Shown piece after piece: positions 1-13,757 of a stretch of DNA of 64,000 nucleotides. Within the stretch, counting starts at the first letter, position 1; each line of letters begins with the position of its first letter. The stretch is from Octopus sinensis. Taxonomy: Eukaryota. The DNA lies in assembly GCF_006345805.1 (NCBI RefSeq), contig NC_042999.1, positions 37,634,001 through 37,698,000 on the forward strand. The letters run 5' to 3'. The position numbers were made by a program, and so were the translations under genes. The notes under the pieces were generated by a model. It had not been told where the DNA came from. It was given only the letters and a program-made list of their open reading frames with translations, and did no database searches.

Positions 1-84
1 CCCAAGATGCCATGCAGTGGGACTGAACCCGGAACCATGTGGTTGGTTAGCAAGCTACTTACCACACAGCCACTCCTGCGCCTA
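1..84 (-). mobile_element. tRNA-derived SINE family A, 5' head fragment
   Basis: Reverse complement of the family A head GGCGCAGGAGTGGCTGTGTGGTAAGTAGCTTGC...GGTTCAGTCCCACTGC, same as the full copies at 17435 and 56735. Confidence 0.85.
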
Positions 85-410
85 TACCTGCTGAGTAATA
101 TAAATATTTCCTTTCATAAGTTTCAAATAACTGGCAGTTGAAAAAAGATTGGGAATGTGTATCATATACGATACATGGATACTAGTGATGTATGCCCTGT
201 GTATCTTGTGTGATACACAGGTAAAGCAAAGGATCAAAAAACTTAAGTAACATTAGATGTGCTATGTAGTAACACCTATTACTAACAGTTTAGTAACTGT
301 TGAAAGACAAAATATTCTGTACCTCCTGGGTATAGAGAGTAATGTTCTAGAGATATTTGATGACTCAAATAAAACCTTGTACTTCATGAGATTTCAAATT
401 ACACCCTTAA

Positions 411-631
411 CCCTTTTGATACCAAGCTGGCTGAAACCGGCTCTGGCTCTCAGTACAAATGTCTTGTTTTCATAAGTTTTGAATTAAAATCTTTCACCAA
501 ACCTTAGTCACAATTTGTGTTCCTAATGTGTTCCTTAATGATAACCAAGTTATTTTACTAAATTCTTTGTAATATTTAAAATAATTGAAAGAAACACAGA
601 GCAACTCAAAATAAATGCAGTAACGAAAGGG
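411..631. mobile_element. piggyBac-type MITE (221 bp)
   Basis: TTAA at 407-410 and 632-635 flank imperfect terminal inverted repeats (TIRs) CCCTTTTGATAC / GTAACGAAAGGG. A TTAA target duplication with CCC termini is diagnostic of piggyBac. Confidence 0.75.
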
Positions 632-1839
632 TTAAAGGACATGTTGGGTAATGTAATTCCAGATACACAATTTCTGAAAAAAAGGGTGGTTTGGTCAGAG
701 CTAGAATATTTTCAATTGCAGACCTACAGGAACAGGGTCAACTTGAGCCTGAACAACAAGTTTCTCATGTTATGTAAAAAGTAGACTAAAAGATGTGTGA
801 TACTATGTAGTAGTAGGATAAGAGCACTGATTGAGGAAGAAACACGAAGTAAGGATCGACTAGTCACGACTAGCTAGCGCGAGTACGCGAGTGCGCGCAC
901 CGGGACCACTCTTCTTAAATAGTACTTGTAGAAAATTTGTTGGCTAAGTAAGCCTCGAAGGACAGCTATTGGAAAACTCCGTCGAATTTTTGAGGGAAAA
1001 AGTACAGTGTGGATTAACCATTTCTTACTGTGTCGATTCCAAGAGGGTTCTGAATTCAGAAAATAACAAAATATAGCGATGACATTTTCAGTACGACCAA
1101 GAATATTTATGATTTCTATGGGCCACAAAGTCTCAAGACAATGCGGGACAGACAGTACAAGGTCGAAAAAGAGACACGGTGGGGATATATACTGAGCAAA
1201 AGGGCGAAATGAGCAATAAGATATATTATTATTATTAACAATAAGGAATATATAAGGAACACCAAAATATGAACAACGATATAAAGGAAGGTCATAATTT
1301 CTATCACTAATGATTATTATCGTTGTTAATGTTATTTCTATTGATAATTTCTATAAATACAGAGTTTTCTGATCTCTAACTGATAATATTTTGGTGTGAG
1401 TAATCTCAAAATATTAATTATAATAGATAATTAGCAAGATAACTTGATAAATAAATATAAGGACAAGAAAATGAGAACAAGGGTGACAGGTGTACACCCA
1501 CCCATAAATGATAGCAATTAAAAGCAGAACATAAGATTTCCTTTCCTTTAACTCCCTTTTTTAGAGTCAGTCATTGAGAAGAAATAAATACGCCATTTCA
1601 TTTTCGTAGAGTCTTTCATTCCTGGTTAATTAAAAGTCAATATATATATATATGTAAAATACCTATCTAAACAAATAAAAAACTAGATAATTAGATACAG
1701 TAATAATCATGGTATATATGTATATATATAAGCAGAATTCAGTACAGTAGACAAGCATAAAAAAAGACGCAGACTGATAGTAAATGAAGTTTAAGAGTCA
1801 AGCCAAATTGAAACGAGTTAAAATACTGAAATAAATTAC

Positions 1840-1903
1840 CTTTCTCTAAATCTTCAATGTTTGATATAACACTGACAATTTCTTGTCCACGTAAGCTCGC
1901 CAT
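1840..1903 (-). CDS. Possible first coding exon of an unidentified host gene (MASLRGQEIVSVISNIEDLEK+1 nt)
   Basis: On the minus strand, AAACATGG start context, 21 open codons, then AAG|GTAATT donor, in non-repetitive sequence. No downstream exon was identified with confidence and the protein is not recognised. Confidence 0.4.
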
Positions 1904-2128
1904 GTTTACTTAATTTCACGCAATTCTTCAATTTATAATGAGTCGTGGTAGTTTGTTTTGCTTTTTAAAACTAATTAAACGATGTGTCTGAATGTTTACG
2001 TCTGTATCGATGTTTAAACAGACATGTACAGCATTAACGAACCAACGAAAATACCATAACTCTAACGTAAATAACACTATCGACTATATAACAATATAAG
2101 ATTCAATGGTCATGTGAACTATGGTGAC

Positions 2129-2136
2129 CCGGAAGT
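2129..2136 (+). promoter_or_regulatory. ETS-type motif CCGGAAGT in the putative promoter region
   Basis: Exact ETS consensus about 225 bp upstream of the candidate minus-strand ATG. A single motif is weak evidence. Confidence 0.25.
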
Positions 2137-3932
2137 AATAACTAGTTTTACCTTTAACCTCTCCGCATACTTATAACGTAATATATGATTTTTCTCAAAA
2201 TACTTTACTGTTGATATTAACGCAAGCAAAAAAATGTGAAGCTAATTCTAAATCAATACTTTTAATCTTTAAATGAGTTTTACATAAATTTCATTTATTC
2301 ATTAAAGATCCTCGATTTATTCTATTGTAAAAATACGCAACTCCACATTCTTTTTTTTGATATACTAATTTACATTTTCTTTCATACCTGTACAAAGCAA
2401 TTAGGAATTGCAAATATGTACTTATCGCTTATCATTAAAGACAAATAATAAAAAAAAATTCAATATATTTATTATTATTTTTCGAAATTCTAATTTATAA
2501 AGACGGAAGATGCGAGTCGAGAAGACGGTATTAGTTACGTCCCTTTAAGTTCTGCGCTTTGGATTAAAATCATGTCAAAAGGACTTTGTTAATTTATAAT
2601 ACCTACAGGATTGTAAAATAAATAAGCAGTAAAATATTCAGGTCAACGCAAATAACTATTCTTCTTCACCTTCAATTTTATGGCCTTGAAATTATTGTTT
2701 ACAAAAAAGATCATCAGGAACACAGAAACGACAAATTTACCTCCCTTGTCTAGACAGGGATTGCCTCCCCTACAAATATATTCGCGTCAGTAGCAGAATG
2801 GCTTTGTAGATTTTTGTTCCACAAATTCCATAGATTCACAACCTTCGAAGTGAATAGAGGGACTGACGTTTCCTTGGCCAGCACAGGTCCTAGGGGGTCG
2901 AGTGTTTCCTCATCAATCGTCTGGTGTTGAGAGGATTTCCCGCTCGATTTGACAAGCAAGAAGCAAATGGATTTGGTTTCAAATCTCAGGCAGGGTCAAG
3001 CTAGATTCTTACAGTAGTTCAATAGACAGAGGGTTCCAAACTCATGGTTCTTGCTCAGCATAAGGATGTGAGAGGGCCTTCCCAGGGATGCGACGAAGAA
3101 AGATAGTGTAAACTTTATCAAACTTGCTTTTCAGATTAAAATTATTGACTTACTCTTAAGAATAACTCTCCAATAAGCACATTAAAAACTTTATTATTAC
3201 CGCACTATATGCAGTTCAATTAAAAAACAATTACCAAAAAATTACCTTTTATAATTATATGTGATATTACTTTTGTAGGGAATACGGAAATTAAACAAAA
3301 GAGTAGAAAAGATAAGAAACTACCACTTTAGACGAATGCTATACAGTTAGGGTAACCTACATCTAAGTCATTTGACGAGTAGAAACTGCCAGAAAAGCAA
3401 CAGGTTAAGTTCACTGCGCAATACATTACAATACGGAATGTTGACCACTTCCTGACTTGAAAAGTGAAAAGAGAAATAGAAACCAGGAAGTCAGGGAGAG
3501 ATGTTCGAAAGACTTAACAGCTGGTTACAGGAAGAGTGACATAAATATTTTGCTAAGTTGTGTATGGAACAAGGAAGGGGAGGGGGTCGCATTTAGAGCT
3601 ACCGTAGAAACATTACTGGCCCCCGAGCAAATCAGTGCACTGGGTCCTATACTATATATTCATCGATTTATCGACAGCAAGTCGTAGAAACATAGATTGG
3701 AAATGTGCCTCCCCCACTCCGGCTGGTTCCCCAGTGGGCCCATGCTTTAAGACGGCACTGTTCCTATACTCAGCTCTGTGTCTGCGTTACACCTATCAGA
3801 AGCAATGAATAATTAACGAGTAATTTTGTTCTCCAGCTTAATGTGAAGGTTGAGTTGGAACATAGAATACTGCGTTATTTACGCTGAGAGGATCTCTCAC
3901 AAGGACTTGTGGTGCGTGAAGGCACTCGTAAT

Positions 3933-4055
3933 TATATCGTTGACACACGAGAAACAGCTGTTACGGTCGCCGGAACTGCCACATCACGTGACGTCGCCTT
4001 GCTATGGGACATATCCAGCAGTGACATAACATTCAAATCACCTGTCAACGATATA
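3933..4055. mobile_element. Possible small MITE with 13-bp inverted ends
   Basis: TATATCGTTGACA (3933-3945) and TGTCAACGATATA (4043-4055) form a perfect inverted pair with TA outer dinucleotides. Confidence 0.3.
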
Positions 4056-4097
4056 TAGAATATACTCCACGTTAAGTTGGAGATCTATCAACCTACC

Positions 4098-4322
4098 TAT
4101 TTCTTTACTGCCCATAAGGGGCTACACACAGAAGGGACAAACAAGGACAGACAAATTGATTAAGTCGATTCCATCGACCCCAGTGCGTAACTGGCACTTA
4201 ATTTATCGACCCCGAATGGATGAAAGGTAAAATCGACCTCGGCGGAATTTGAACTCAGAACGTAGCTGCAGACGAAATACGGCTAAGCATTTCGCCCGGT
4301 GTGCTAACGTTTCTGCCAGCTC
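4098..4322 (-). mobile_element. SINE family B (Meta-domain-like)
   Basis: Variant of the GAGGTCGACTTTGCCTTTCATCCTTTCGGGGTCGATAAATTAAGTACCAG domain and TAAAGAAATA tail; matches the copy at 14655. Confidence 0.85.
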
Positions 4323-4848
<526 letters not shown>

Positions 4849-6121
4849 CTTGAAGGAGATTATATACTACGGAAATGATAAAGTTTTAATGCTTATTGGA
4901 AACTTAATAAAGTATACAATTTGCTTCTTCGTCGCACCCTTGGAAAGGCCTTCTCACACCCTTCACCATTTACTGGCTCATTTGTTAAAATTGCTTATGA
5001 AAAACTAACGATTAAAATAAATGGGACCCGTCCCTCCTCAAATCGAAGGAATTTAATAGACGACCCAAAATGTATGTATGTATGTATGTATGTATGTATG
5101 TATGTATGTATGTATGTATGTATGTATGTATGTATGTATGTATGTAGGTGCGGGGACATAGAAATAATCGGACTGGGTACCCGATCGCGCGGTTAAACCA
5201 TTGGGAGGGAAGGACTCCTAGCTTTTGTTAGGACATCCTTCTAGGAGAAGGTAACTCAGGTAACTGGGATAACTCCGACATAAAACTGCGGCTCAGTGGT
5301 TACCGATGATGTTGACTTGTTCTTCTTTTCGGATTATGGCTGCTGTTGCTTAGTGAGTGGGATTGACTCAGTGCACAGCCTTTCCTTACTTAAAAAAAAA
5401 TCTTCTTGCACTGGCATTGCACGATAACAACATTGATTAAGCTTCGTGCAATGGCCATACTCGATAACGAGGAGGGCAGCCACCATGTATGTATGTATGT
5501 ATGTATGTATGTATGTATGTATGTATGTATGTATGTATGTATGTATGTATGTATGTATGTATGAAAGTGCCCTTCGCAATCATGGCGTTTCAGATTCGAT
5601 CCCACTGCCTAGTATCCTGGGTAAGCGTCTTCTACTACAGCATGGTGTCAACACGTGTCTTATGAATGAAACTTCATAGAAGGAACCTGCGCGGATGTTT
5701 TGTTGTCTCTTTTTTGTATCTCCTAACTGTCTGGATGTTTTGCGTTCTGGTCCCATTTTGTATGTATATATATATAGCGGCGTACGTACACTTTGGTCTC
5801 TTATATGTAAGTATACATTTTTCTAAATCTTGTACGATCCTATTTCTGTCTATCGGCCCTTTCACGCTTATTCGTTCACTCCACTCTTCGTTCTTTCGTT
5901 CCCCCTCTCTCACATTTCTTCGCCTACTCGTACACTTTCCCTCCACTTTTCACTTCACTCTGTCCCTGCCATTTTTTCTCGCCCCTCCTTACTTCTTCTG
6001 TCCCTCTACCTCACTGTCTTCTTTTCCCACGTGACGGGCGTTCGGCCAAGGTCTGGCCGTTGTCCGTGCAACATCGATATTCTTCCTTCTGTTTGTGAAA
6101 TCTTGTATCCCTGCCGTAAGG

Positions 6122-6488
6122 CTTCATTTTCACATACGCCAGCTTAATTTAATTCATCCTTAGTCGAAAGACACCTGTTGTTATGTCCTGTTATTATTTC
6201 TATTGTATTTGTGTAACATTGTCCGTTTTTTTTTCGTCCTTGCTTTTGTATACATTCGCTGCTTTGTTCCAAGAAATCTAATGCTCTTAGCTTAGTTTTT
6301 CCTTGGGGCTGGCCAGATTGCAGCAATCTCGAGTATAACCAGCCGAAATTGCAAAAATAATCTGGAACTCGACTGAGTAAAGAAAACTCCGAATGATCCG
6401 TCCATGTTTTCTTTGTATCTGGATGTTTTGTTGTCCCTTTTTTGTATCACCTAACTGTCTGGATGTTTTGCGTTCTTGTCTCATTTTG

Positions 6489-6490
<2 letters not shown>
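6122..6490 (+). mobile_element. Dispersed repeat family D, possibly a Penelope-like terminus
   Basis: About 85% similar by eye to 19222-19575, with a partial copy near 5700-5760; ends at or near (TA)n. Class is inferred only. Confidence 0.5.
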
Positions 6491-6521
<31 letters not shown>

Positions 6522-7276
6522 GCACAAACACAAAGACACAGACACACACACACAGACACACACACACATACAGAAACACACACATATATTTGCGCGCATG
6601 AGTGTGAGAGAGAGAAGGGGTGACACTGTGTGTGTGGGTTTGTGTCTCTGTCAGTGTGAGTGTGCGCGCGAGCACGTGTCTGAATTTATGAGTGTATATA
6701 AACTGAATTCTTTTCCATCCAAAGTATTCATGGATGGCTTTCTTGTTATAAATATTCGGCATAGTTTATCTGTTTTTCACTACTTCAGTTTTTACTAATT
6801 GTTTTGCAACCTTTCGCTTCACCTTCACCTTCACTTTTACCACATACTTTTATATGTTATTTGTGTATTACGTGTATATACGATTATCGTTTTCCTTTTA
6901 TGTAAATGTATGTTACCGATCGTATTCAATGCATGTCAATGACACGAAGTTTCGTGCTTAAATGAACACAACATGCTTAAATAAACACACTCAGATAAAG
7001 AATGACAAAAATCCTAGTAGAAGAGCTTCCACCCCCACATAGCAAGGGAGACAGAAAAAAAAAATTCGTGTCGCCTAATAAAAATGTTTTATGGCTAAGG
7101 CGATAATTGCATAAACACCACCATTTACTACGAAGGTAAAAAGAGAATCATTCATTTTGTACTAACCATACATAAGTTACCTCCCTTGTGAATTTCTGTA
7201 TACTGTGATTCTGTTAGTGATTGCTACACATTTGCTACAGATGTAAGAGCAAGCGTAAAGATGTGTGTGTGTGTGT

Positions 7277-7320
<44 letters not shown>

Positions 7321-7507
7321 GAAATTAAATATAAATTATAAATTACAAAGTGGGACAAGAACGCAAAAACACACAAAGAGACGACACAAAAACACACAAA
7401 GAGACGACACAAGAAAACGAAGCCTCTAATCTTCAGTCGGGAACCGGATCATCTTAGCAATTTCGGCTGTTTAATCTCGATTATTGCGGCGTAACGTACC
7501 CCTATCT

Positions 7508-7607
<100 letters not shown>

Positions 7608-7614
7608 TATATAT

Positions 7615-7652
<38 letters not shown>

Positions 7653-7679
7653 ATTATATATATATATTATATATATATA

Positions 7680-7862
7680 GGGAGAATTCACAAAAAAAAA
7701 ACAAACCCCAAAAGGTGAAGACAGGTATTGTAGAAAACAAACAGATGTATTAGTATAACGCTCGGGAATTGAAAAAGTCTTTAACGTTTCGAGCCTACGC
7801 TCTTCCACAGAAAGGAACACGGAGAGAAACAAGGAGGGAAAAAAAGTGTGTGTAGTGGCTAT
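7680..7862 (-). mobile_element. Penelope-like terminal fragment with minimal HHR variant (7778-7815)
   Basis: Minus strand CTTT-CTGTGGA-A-GAGC-GTAG-GCTC-GAAAC-GTT-AAAG; 3' end abuts (TA)n. Confidence 0.7.
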
Positions 7863-8415
7863 TATGACCTATCTCCTCATTCTAATCATACACATCTCTC
7901 CCCCCGCCCATCTATCGACAAATACTATCGATACATTCTCGAATTTTCATTCAACCACAAAACCCCTTTGATTGAGCAACACAGAATCCACGGCTCCATA
8001 CTTTGAAATGACTAAGCATGAAATACTATTGGAGCTGACATTATTTCAGTTCGCTCAAAGTTTCTAAATTGTTATGGAGCCAACAATATATACATACATA
8101 CATACATACATACATACATACATACATACATACATACATACATACGTACGTACGTGCGTGCGTGCGTGCATGCATTCATATATGTATATTGTATATATAT
8201 ATGCATACACATATAAATGTATAAAGTCAAGAGGTGTGATAGGTGACGATAGAGTTACTCTTCCATATGGCGTTCATGATTATATCCGTTTCCTATCCCT
8301 TTACATGTAGTATCAATCTATTGTTCTATGCAAATGTTATACGCACAAATTCGCACGATCCCTTATAATTCTCTGAATCCATATTTTGTACGATGTATGT
8401 ATGTATGTATGTATG

Positions 8416-8449
<34 letters not shown>

Positions 8450-8480
8450 TGTATGTATGTATGTATGTATGTATGTATGT

Positions 8481-9860
8481 GCACCTTCATCCTGATGGGG
8501 GGTATTCTCTTGGTTGTACGTCGCTGAACGGTTTCCAGACGATTAATATCCTGGACAAGATAGGGGTTCCAGACCGGTGATGCAAATTCCAGGTGAGGCC
8601 GCACCGTAGCTATATAAAGCATCAGATAGATAGCCAGAGAGCGGCCCACAAAGGACTTGGTAAGTGATGCTAAGACACCCTCAGCCTTCTTTGCAATTTT
8701 AGCCACGTGTTTTGTCCAACGCAAATCGCTGTCGACAATAATGCCCAGGTCACGTTCACAAGAAGACTTTTTGAGATTAATGTTGTAGAGGGAGTAAGTA
8801 GACGCTGGGTTTTTCCTCCCAAAATGCATGGTGGTACATTAGTCCACAGCCAGCTTGAGTTGCCAGTCCATGATCCATTGCTGCATCGTGTCCAGGTCCG
8901 ATTGCAATAAAGATCTATATTGTTCAGGATCTGTCCTCTTTATTTCGAGTTTCAGCTTGATGTCATCTACATATTTCAGCACTCTGGCATTCTTTAAGTT
9001 GGCATCTATGTCATTAACATATGCAACAAATAAAAGGGGGCCAAGAACAGATCTCTGTGGTATACCAGATGTCATCTCATAGGGCGAAGAGTGCTGTCCT
9101 AGAACTGTGACAACCTCTTTTCGGCCGATAATGGACTTCAATCAGTTATAGAGATAATCTCTTACACTCATTGCAGAGAGTTTCACCATAAGGCTTTTGT
9201 GTGGCACCGAATTAAAAGCCTTAGCAAAGTCCAGGTAAACAACATCCTCCCAGGATCCGCCATCAGTGATTCGGGTAATGTCCAAGAAACTCGATGAATT
9301 GATTACAGAAGCTGGAGTTAGGAATAAATCCAAATTGTGACGGCTGGATGAGGCTGTGAGACTTCCAGAAGTTCCAGAGGGTTTCTCTGACACAGTATTC
9401 CATCAGTTTGGCGATGCAGCAAGTAAGACTAATGGGGCGATAGTTGATAGGCGATGTGCGGTCACCTTTTTTGAACAGAGGAATAACACTGGTAATTTTA
9501 CACAGCTCTGGAGTAACACCATTGTCAAGACAGAATTGAAAGAATAGTGAAAGTTGGTTTAGAAGAAAGTACCCACCGCGTTTGAGAAGTAGGTATGTAA
9601 CACCATCGAGACCAGGAGAGGCATAGTTACGTTTATTCTTAAGGTGGCATTGTAGCATTGCTGGTGTAAATTTCATAGTAGTTATAGAGTTTGGTGTCAG
9701 AGGTGATGGAGATGGAGCATTTTGACCTTCGACAGTAAAGATGCTTGCATAGCATTCAGTAATGATTCTGCACATGCTTTGGGATTGTCAGTAATCTGGC
9801 TTGTGTGGGGATTGCGAAGGGGGCCAACTGGAAAGTGAGGTGTCTTATATGTTTTTGCGA
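8481..9860 (-). pseudogene. Decayed CR1-clade LINE reverse transcriptase fragment
   Basis: Motifs SPGLDG, VIPLFKKGD, NYRPISLT, QFGF, YLDFAKAF, GIPQRSVLGPLLF, KYVDD, ERDLGI and VRPHLEFASPVWNP, split by stops and frameshifts. Confidence 0.95.
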
Positions 9861-9861
9861 A

Positions 9862-10045
9862 ATGTTCTTAATTCGCAACGCACCTTTTATTATTAATGTC
9901 GAATTACTGATTATATTTACACTAATTAATGTTGGGAGAAATTACCTTAATTTGCAATAAAAATACTTGTAAAAAAAATGAAGGTAATAAGAAAGTTTTT
10001 AAGAACCCAAATGTTGAAAAAGTCAATATTATGTTGGAAGAAACA
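9862..10045 (+). repeat. About 185-bp dispersed module, copy 1
   Basis: Near-identical to 13919-14100; both are followed by (CA)n. Confidence 0.85.
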
Positions 10046-10159
10046 CACACACACCCGCACGCGCATACACACACACACACATACACACACACACACACAC
10101 ACTCACATACACTCACACACACAGACACAGACACAGACACACAGACACACACACACACA

Positions 10160-10194
<35 letters not shown>

Positions 10195-10198
<4 letters not shown>

Positions 10199-11397
10199 TT
10201 TCCAAGCTTAATTTCTTGCTGGGTGGGGAAAAAATTGCTTTGGATCGAAGAAGAGAAAAGTGAAGAGGAGAGGTTACTCTTGGGTTTGTTTGATTTTCAC
10301 ACACACACGACAAAGAAAACTATATTTTAACAACTCATAAATATTTTCTACCATGAACAATATATATATGTATATATATTGTTTCTGCATACACCACATG
10401 TACTTTGGACGTTGGATTTTGTGAAAGTTTGATTCCTTAGAAGCTTCGTTGTCGTGACAATTAAAGTTAAAGAATTTAAAAAAAAAACGTGGAAGAATCG
10501 CGATGGAGTGTTTGTTCTTCCTCATTTAAGAAATGCATGATTGTCACACAATTCCATCTTATCCATGTCTTCACACACACACACACACACACACACACAA
10601 CACACACACACTTGTTTCCAAGCTTAATTTCTTGCTGGGTGGGGAAAAAAATGCTTTGGATCGAAGAAGAGAAAAGTGAAGAGGAGAGGTTACTCTTGGG
10701 TTTGTTTGATTTTCACACACACACGACAAAGAAAACTATATTTTAACAACTCATAAATTTTCTACCATGAACAATATATATATGTATATATATTGTTTCT
10801 GCATACACCACATGTACTTTGGACGTTGGATTTTGTGAAAGTTTGATTCCTTAGAAGCTTCGTTGTCGTGACAATTAAAGTTAAAGAATTTAAAAAAAAA
10901 ACGTGGAAGAATCGCGATGGAGTGTTTGTTCTTCCTCATTTAAGAAATGCATGATTGTCACACAATTCCATCTTATCCATGTCTTCACACACACACACAC
11001 ACACACACACACAACACACACACACTTGTTTCCAAGCTTAATTTCTTGCTGGGTGGGGAAAAAATTGCTTTGGATCGAAGAAGAGAAAAGTGAAGAGGAG
11101 AGGTTACTCTTGGGTTTGTTTGATTTTCACACACACACGACAAAGAAAACTATTTTTAACAACTCATAAATATTTTCTACCATGAACAATATATATATGT
11201 ATATATATTGTTTCTGCATACACCACATGTACTTTGGACGTTGGATTTTGTGAAAGTTTGATTCCTTAGAAGCTTCGTTGTCGTGACATTAAAGTTAAAG
11301 AATTTAAAAAAAAAACGTGGAAGAATCGCGATGGAGTGTTTGTTCTTCCTCATTTAAGAAATGCATGATTGTCACACAATTCCATCTTATCCATGTC

Positions 11398-11432
<35 letters not shown>
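10195..11432 (+). repeat. Tandem triplication of a roughly 415-bp unit
   Basis: Units start CTTGTTTCCAAGC at 10195, 10611 and 11025; each ends in (CA)n. Confidence 0.95.
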
Positions 11433-11434
<2 letters not shown>

Positions 11435-13690
11435 CTGTACTTTATGTAAGTCTGTGCTCGATATACCTGGCACGGATAACCAACTAAATTGAGAACAACC
11501 TTAGTATTTAACATATGGAACTAAACAGTTATAAGTGCTACCAGCTTACCAGAAAACTTACCAAATATATTTGGTTTTTGGATTTGGTTTGCAAAATTCT
11601 TTATATGAGTTCGTGTGTTGAAGCATATTCTGTTGTGTCTGCGGAGAGTCAGTCTCTTTTAGTGCCTTATTATTTAACACACTCACCGGTAAAATTTCCA
11701 CTTATTTCTTATTTTTATTTTCTAAAATTTTCGTTGCGTCTTGCAACCTTTTCAATAGTCTTGACTCTCTATATTACCAAATATAGAAATATATTAATGT
11801 ACCCCGAAAGTATATAAAACAATACACATGCACACACCCACTTATACTTCGTGTAAGTTTATGTTCGATATAACCGGCGTGGATAACCAGTCAAGTCGTG
11901 GGTTACCGTAGTAATTAATATATATAACAATACAATTATATATAACAATACAATTCGGCGGGGGAGGTTGAAATTTGATATTGTTGTAATGAGTGGTCAG
12001 TCCACACCTATCCATCACTACAGGCTTATAGCTTTAAGTTTATAGTGTGTGTGTGTGCGTGCATATACACACATACATACGTACATAATACATACATACA
12101 TACATACATACATACATACATACATACATACATACATACATACATACATACATACATACACACATGCGTACGTACGTACATACATACATGCATGCATACA
12201 TGCGTGCATACATACATACACACATACATACGTACATATATATAACGAACTAACTGTTACTTTCTCAGATGCAGCACGGATTTTTGTCAGTGAACAGGTC
12301 GCGGTCTTAAAGCAACGAAAATATTTTGCCAAATTAAACTTAAATGTTGAAGTGAATCGAACAGCTTTTGTGTGTTTCTTAAATGGCTTACAAACACCTT
12401 CCACGCTGCAATTATAGGTGGTTTTACGTTTGCCACAATGATATGTAACACCAGGGTGCCACCAAGCTTGCTGAATATAAGAAGGCTGTTTTTCCTGAGA
12501 TGCGTATTAACATCTGTACTTCGTGCAAGTTTGTGCTCAATATAAACAGGTGTAAATAGCCAACCAAGTCGGGGGCCAACTTGGTATTTAAAATACTAAC
12601 ACAGAAAAAAGCACAGAAAAATACTAACACATAGAAAGAGGCACAAAAAATACTAACACACAGAAGCACAGAAAAATTAAAACAAAACACACGGGAGAAA
12701 AGAATCTTGTGGTGTGAAGAATTAAGAGCGAAAAATCAACATAGACAACAGTGAATCACGACGCAGCGTGTGGTTGTCATGGTAACAAGCTGCTAATAGC
12801 ACACTGTCAGTTGATTGGCTAAAATTATCCAAATTTCCCAACTTTAATGCCAAATAACATCAAATACTTTAAATTACGAGACAAATTAATTGGTTGATCG
12901 CAATCAAAATTCAGAGTTGCATCGATACAACAAAATTGAAAGCAATTTGAGCAAAATTAAGGGCGGGGCTCATTTTGCGAAATCGAAAGACTAGATCCAT
13001 GTATGTATGTATGTGTGTGTATGTATGTATGTGTGTGTATGTATGTATGTATGTATGTATGTATGTATGTATGTATGTATGTATGTATGTATGTATGTAT
13101 GTGTATGTATGTATGTATGTATGTGTGTGTGTTTGTATGTATGTATGTATGTATGTATGTATGTATGTATGTATGTATGTATGTATGTATGTATGTATGT
13201 ACGTACGTACGTACGTATGTATGTATGCTTGTCTGTCTGTCTGTATGTATATATATATATGTGTGTGTGTATGTGTGTGCGTGTATGCACGTGTTTGTAT
13301 ATGTATGCGTATGTATTTGAACATTTTTTTCTTTAAGATTTAAGTTCTTTTTTACGAAATTCGCAGTGACACTTTACGGAATTCAAAGTGACACTATCGA
13401 AGTGACAAGGCTCTTTTGTATATATGCAAGAACACGTGAATGTTTGTATGTGTTTGTGTGGGTGAATGAGAAAAATAACTGGCAGAACTATTGATCAATA
13501 TCAGATTCAGTTATGTTAATTTCTTTGTTTCACAAATGCTTTGGATTCATATGATACAAAACCTAGTTACCTAATTCCTATTACGTATATTTTATTGATT
13601 TACAAAAGTATACCTGCCTCCTTACCTGTGAATATTTTTCACTGTTTCTCTATAGAGCGGAGGCGACGAATCTCGTCTAAGTGTGCGACT

Positions 13691-13757
13691 GGCTGTGAAT
13701 ACCAATCACTGACGAGGCCCAACGAGGTCGAAACGCATCTGGCGTCATTCACTAGCC
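13691..13757 (+). ncRNA. Extended type I hammerhead ribozyme motif
   Basis: CTGACGA (13709-13715), stem II GGCC/GGTC with loop CAACGA, GAAAC, and distal stem I GGCT-GTGAAT / ATTCAC-T-AGCC. Confidence 0.75.

Noticed and set aside
722-785. Plus-strand exon after TTTTCAATTGCAG
   Set aside because: The acceptor is plausible, but the peptides are unrecognisable and there is no supporting exon.
2790-2930. NGFVDFCSTNS and VLGGRVFPHQ as an RTE endonuclease remnant
   Set aside because: The words are non-contiguous and interrupted by a stop; too weak to call.
3913-3966. GAAAC-AGCT-GTT with a TCGT/ACGA stem as a hammerhead
   Set aside because: The segment where CUGANGA should be reads GAAGGCAC, so there is no core.
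5200-5260. Pseudoknot-like pairing in a putative LINE 5' UTR as an HDV-like ribozyme
   Set aside because: There is no room for P1.1, P4 and the J4/2 catalytic C between the strands, and no typical L3.
11722-11758. Minus-strand GTTGC/GCAAC hairpin followed by GAAA as a hammerhead
   Set aside because: The core reads TTGAAAA and stem I does not pair.
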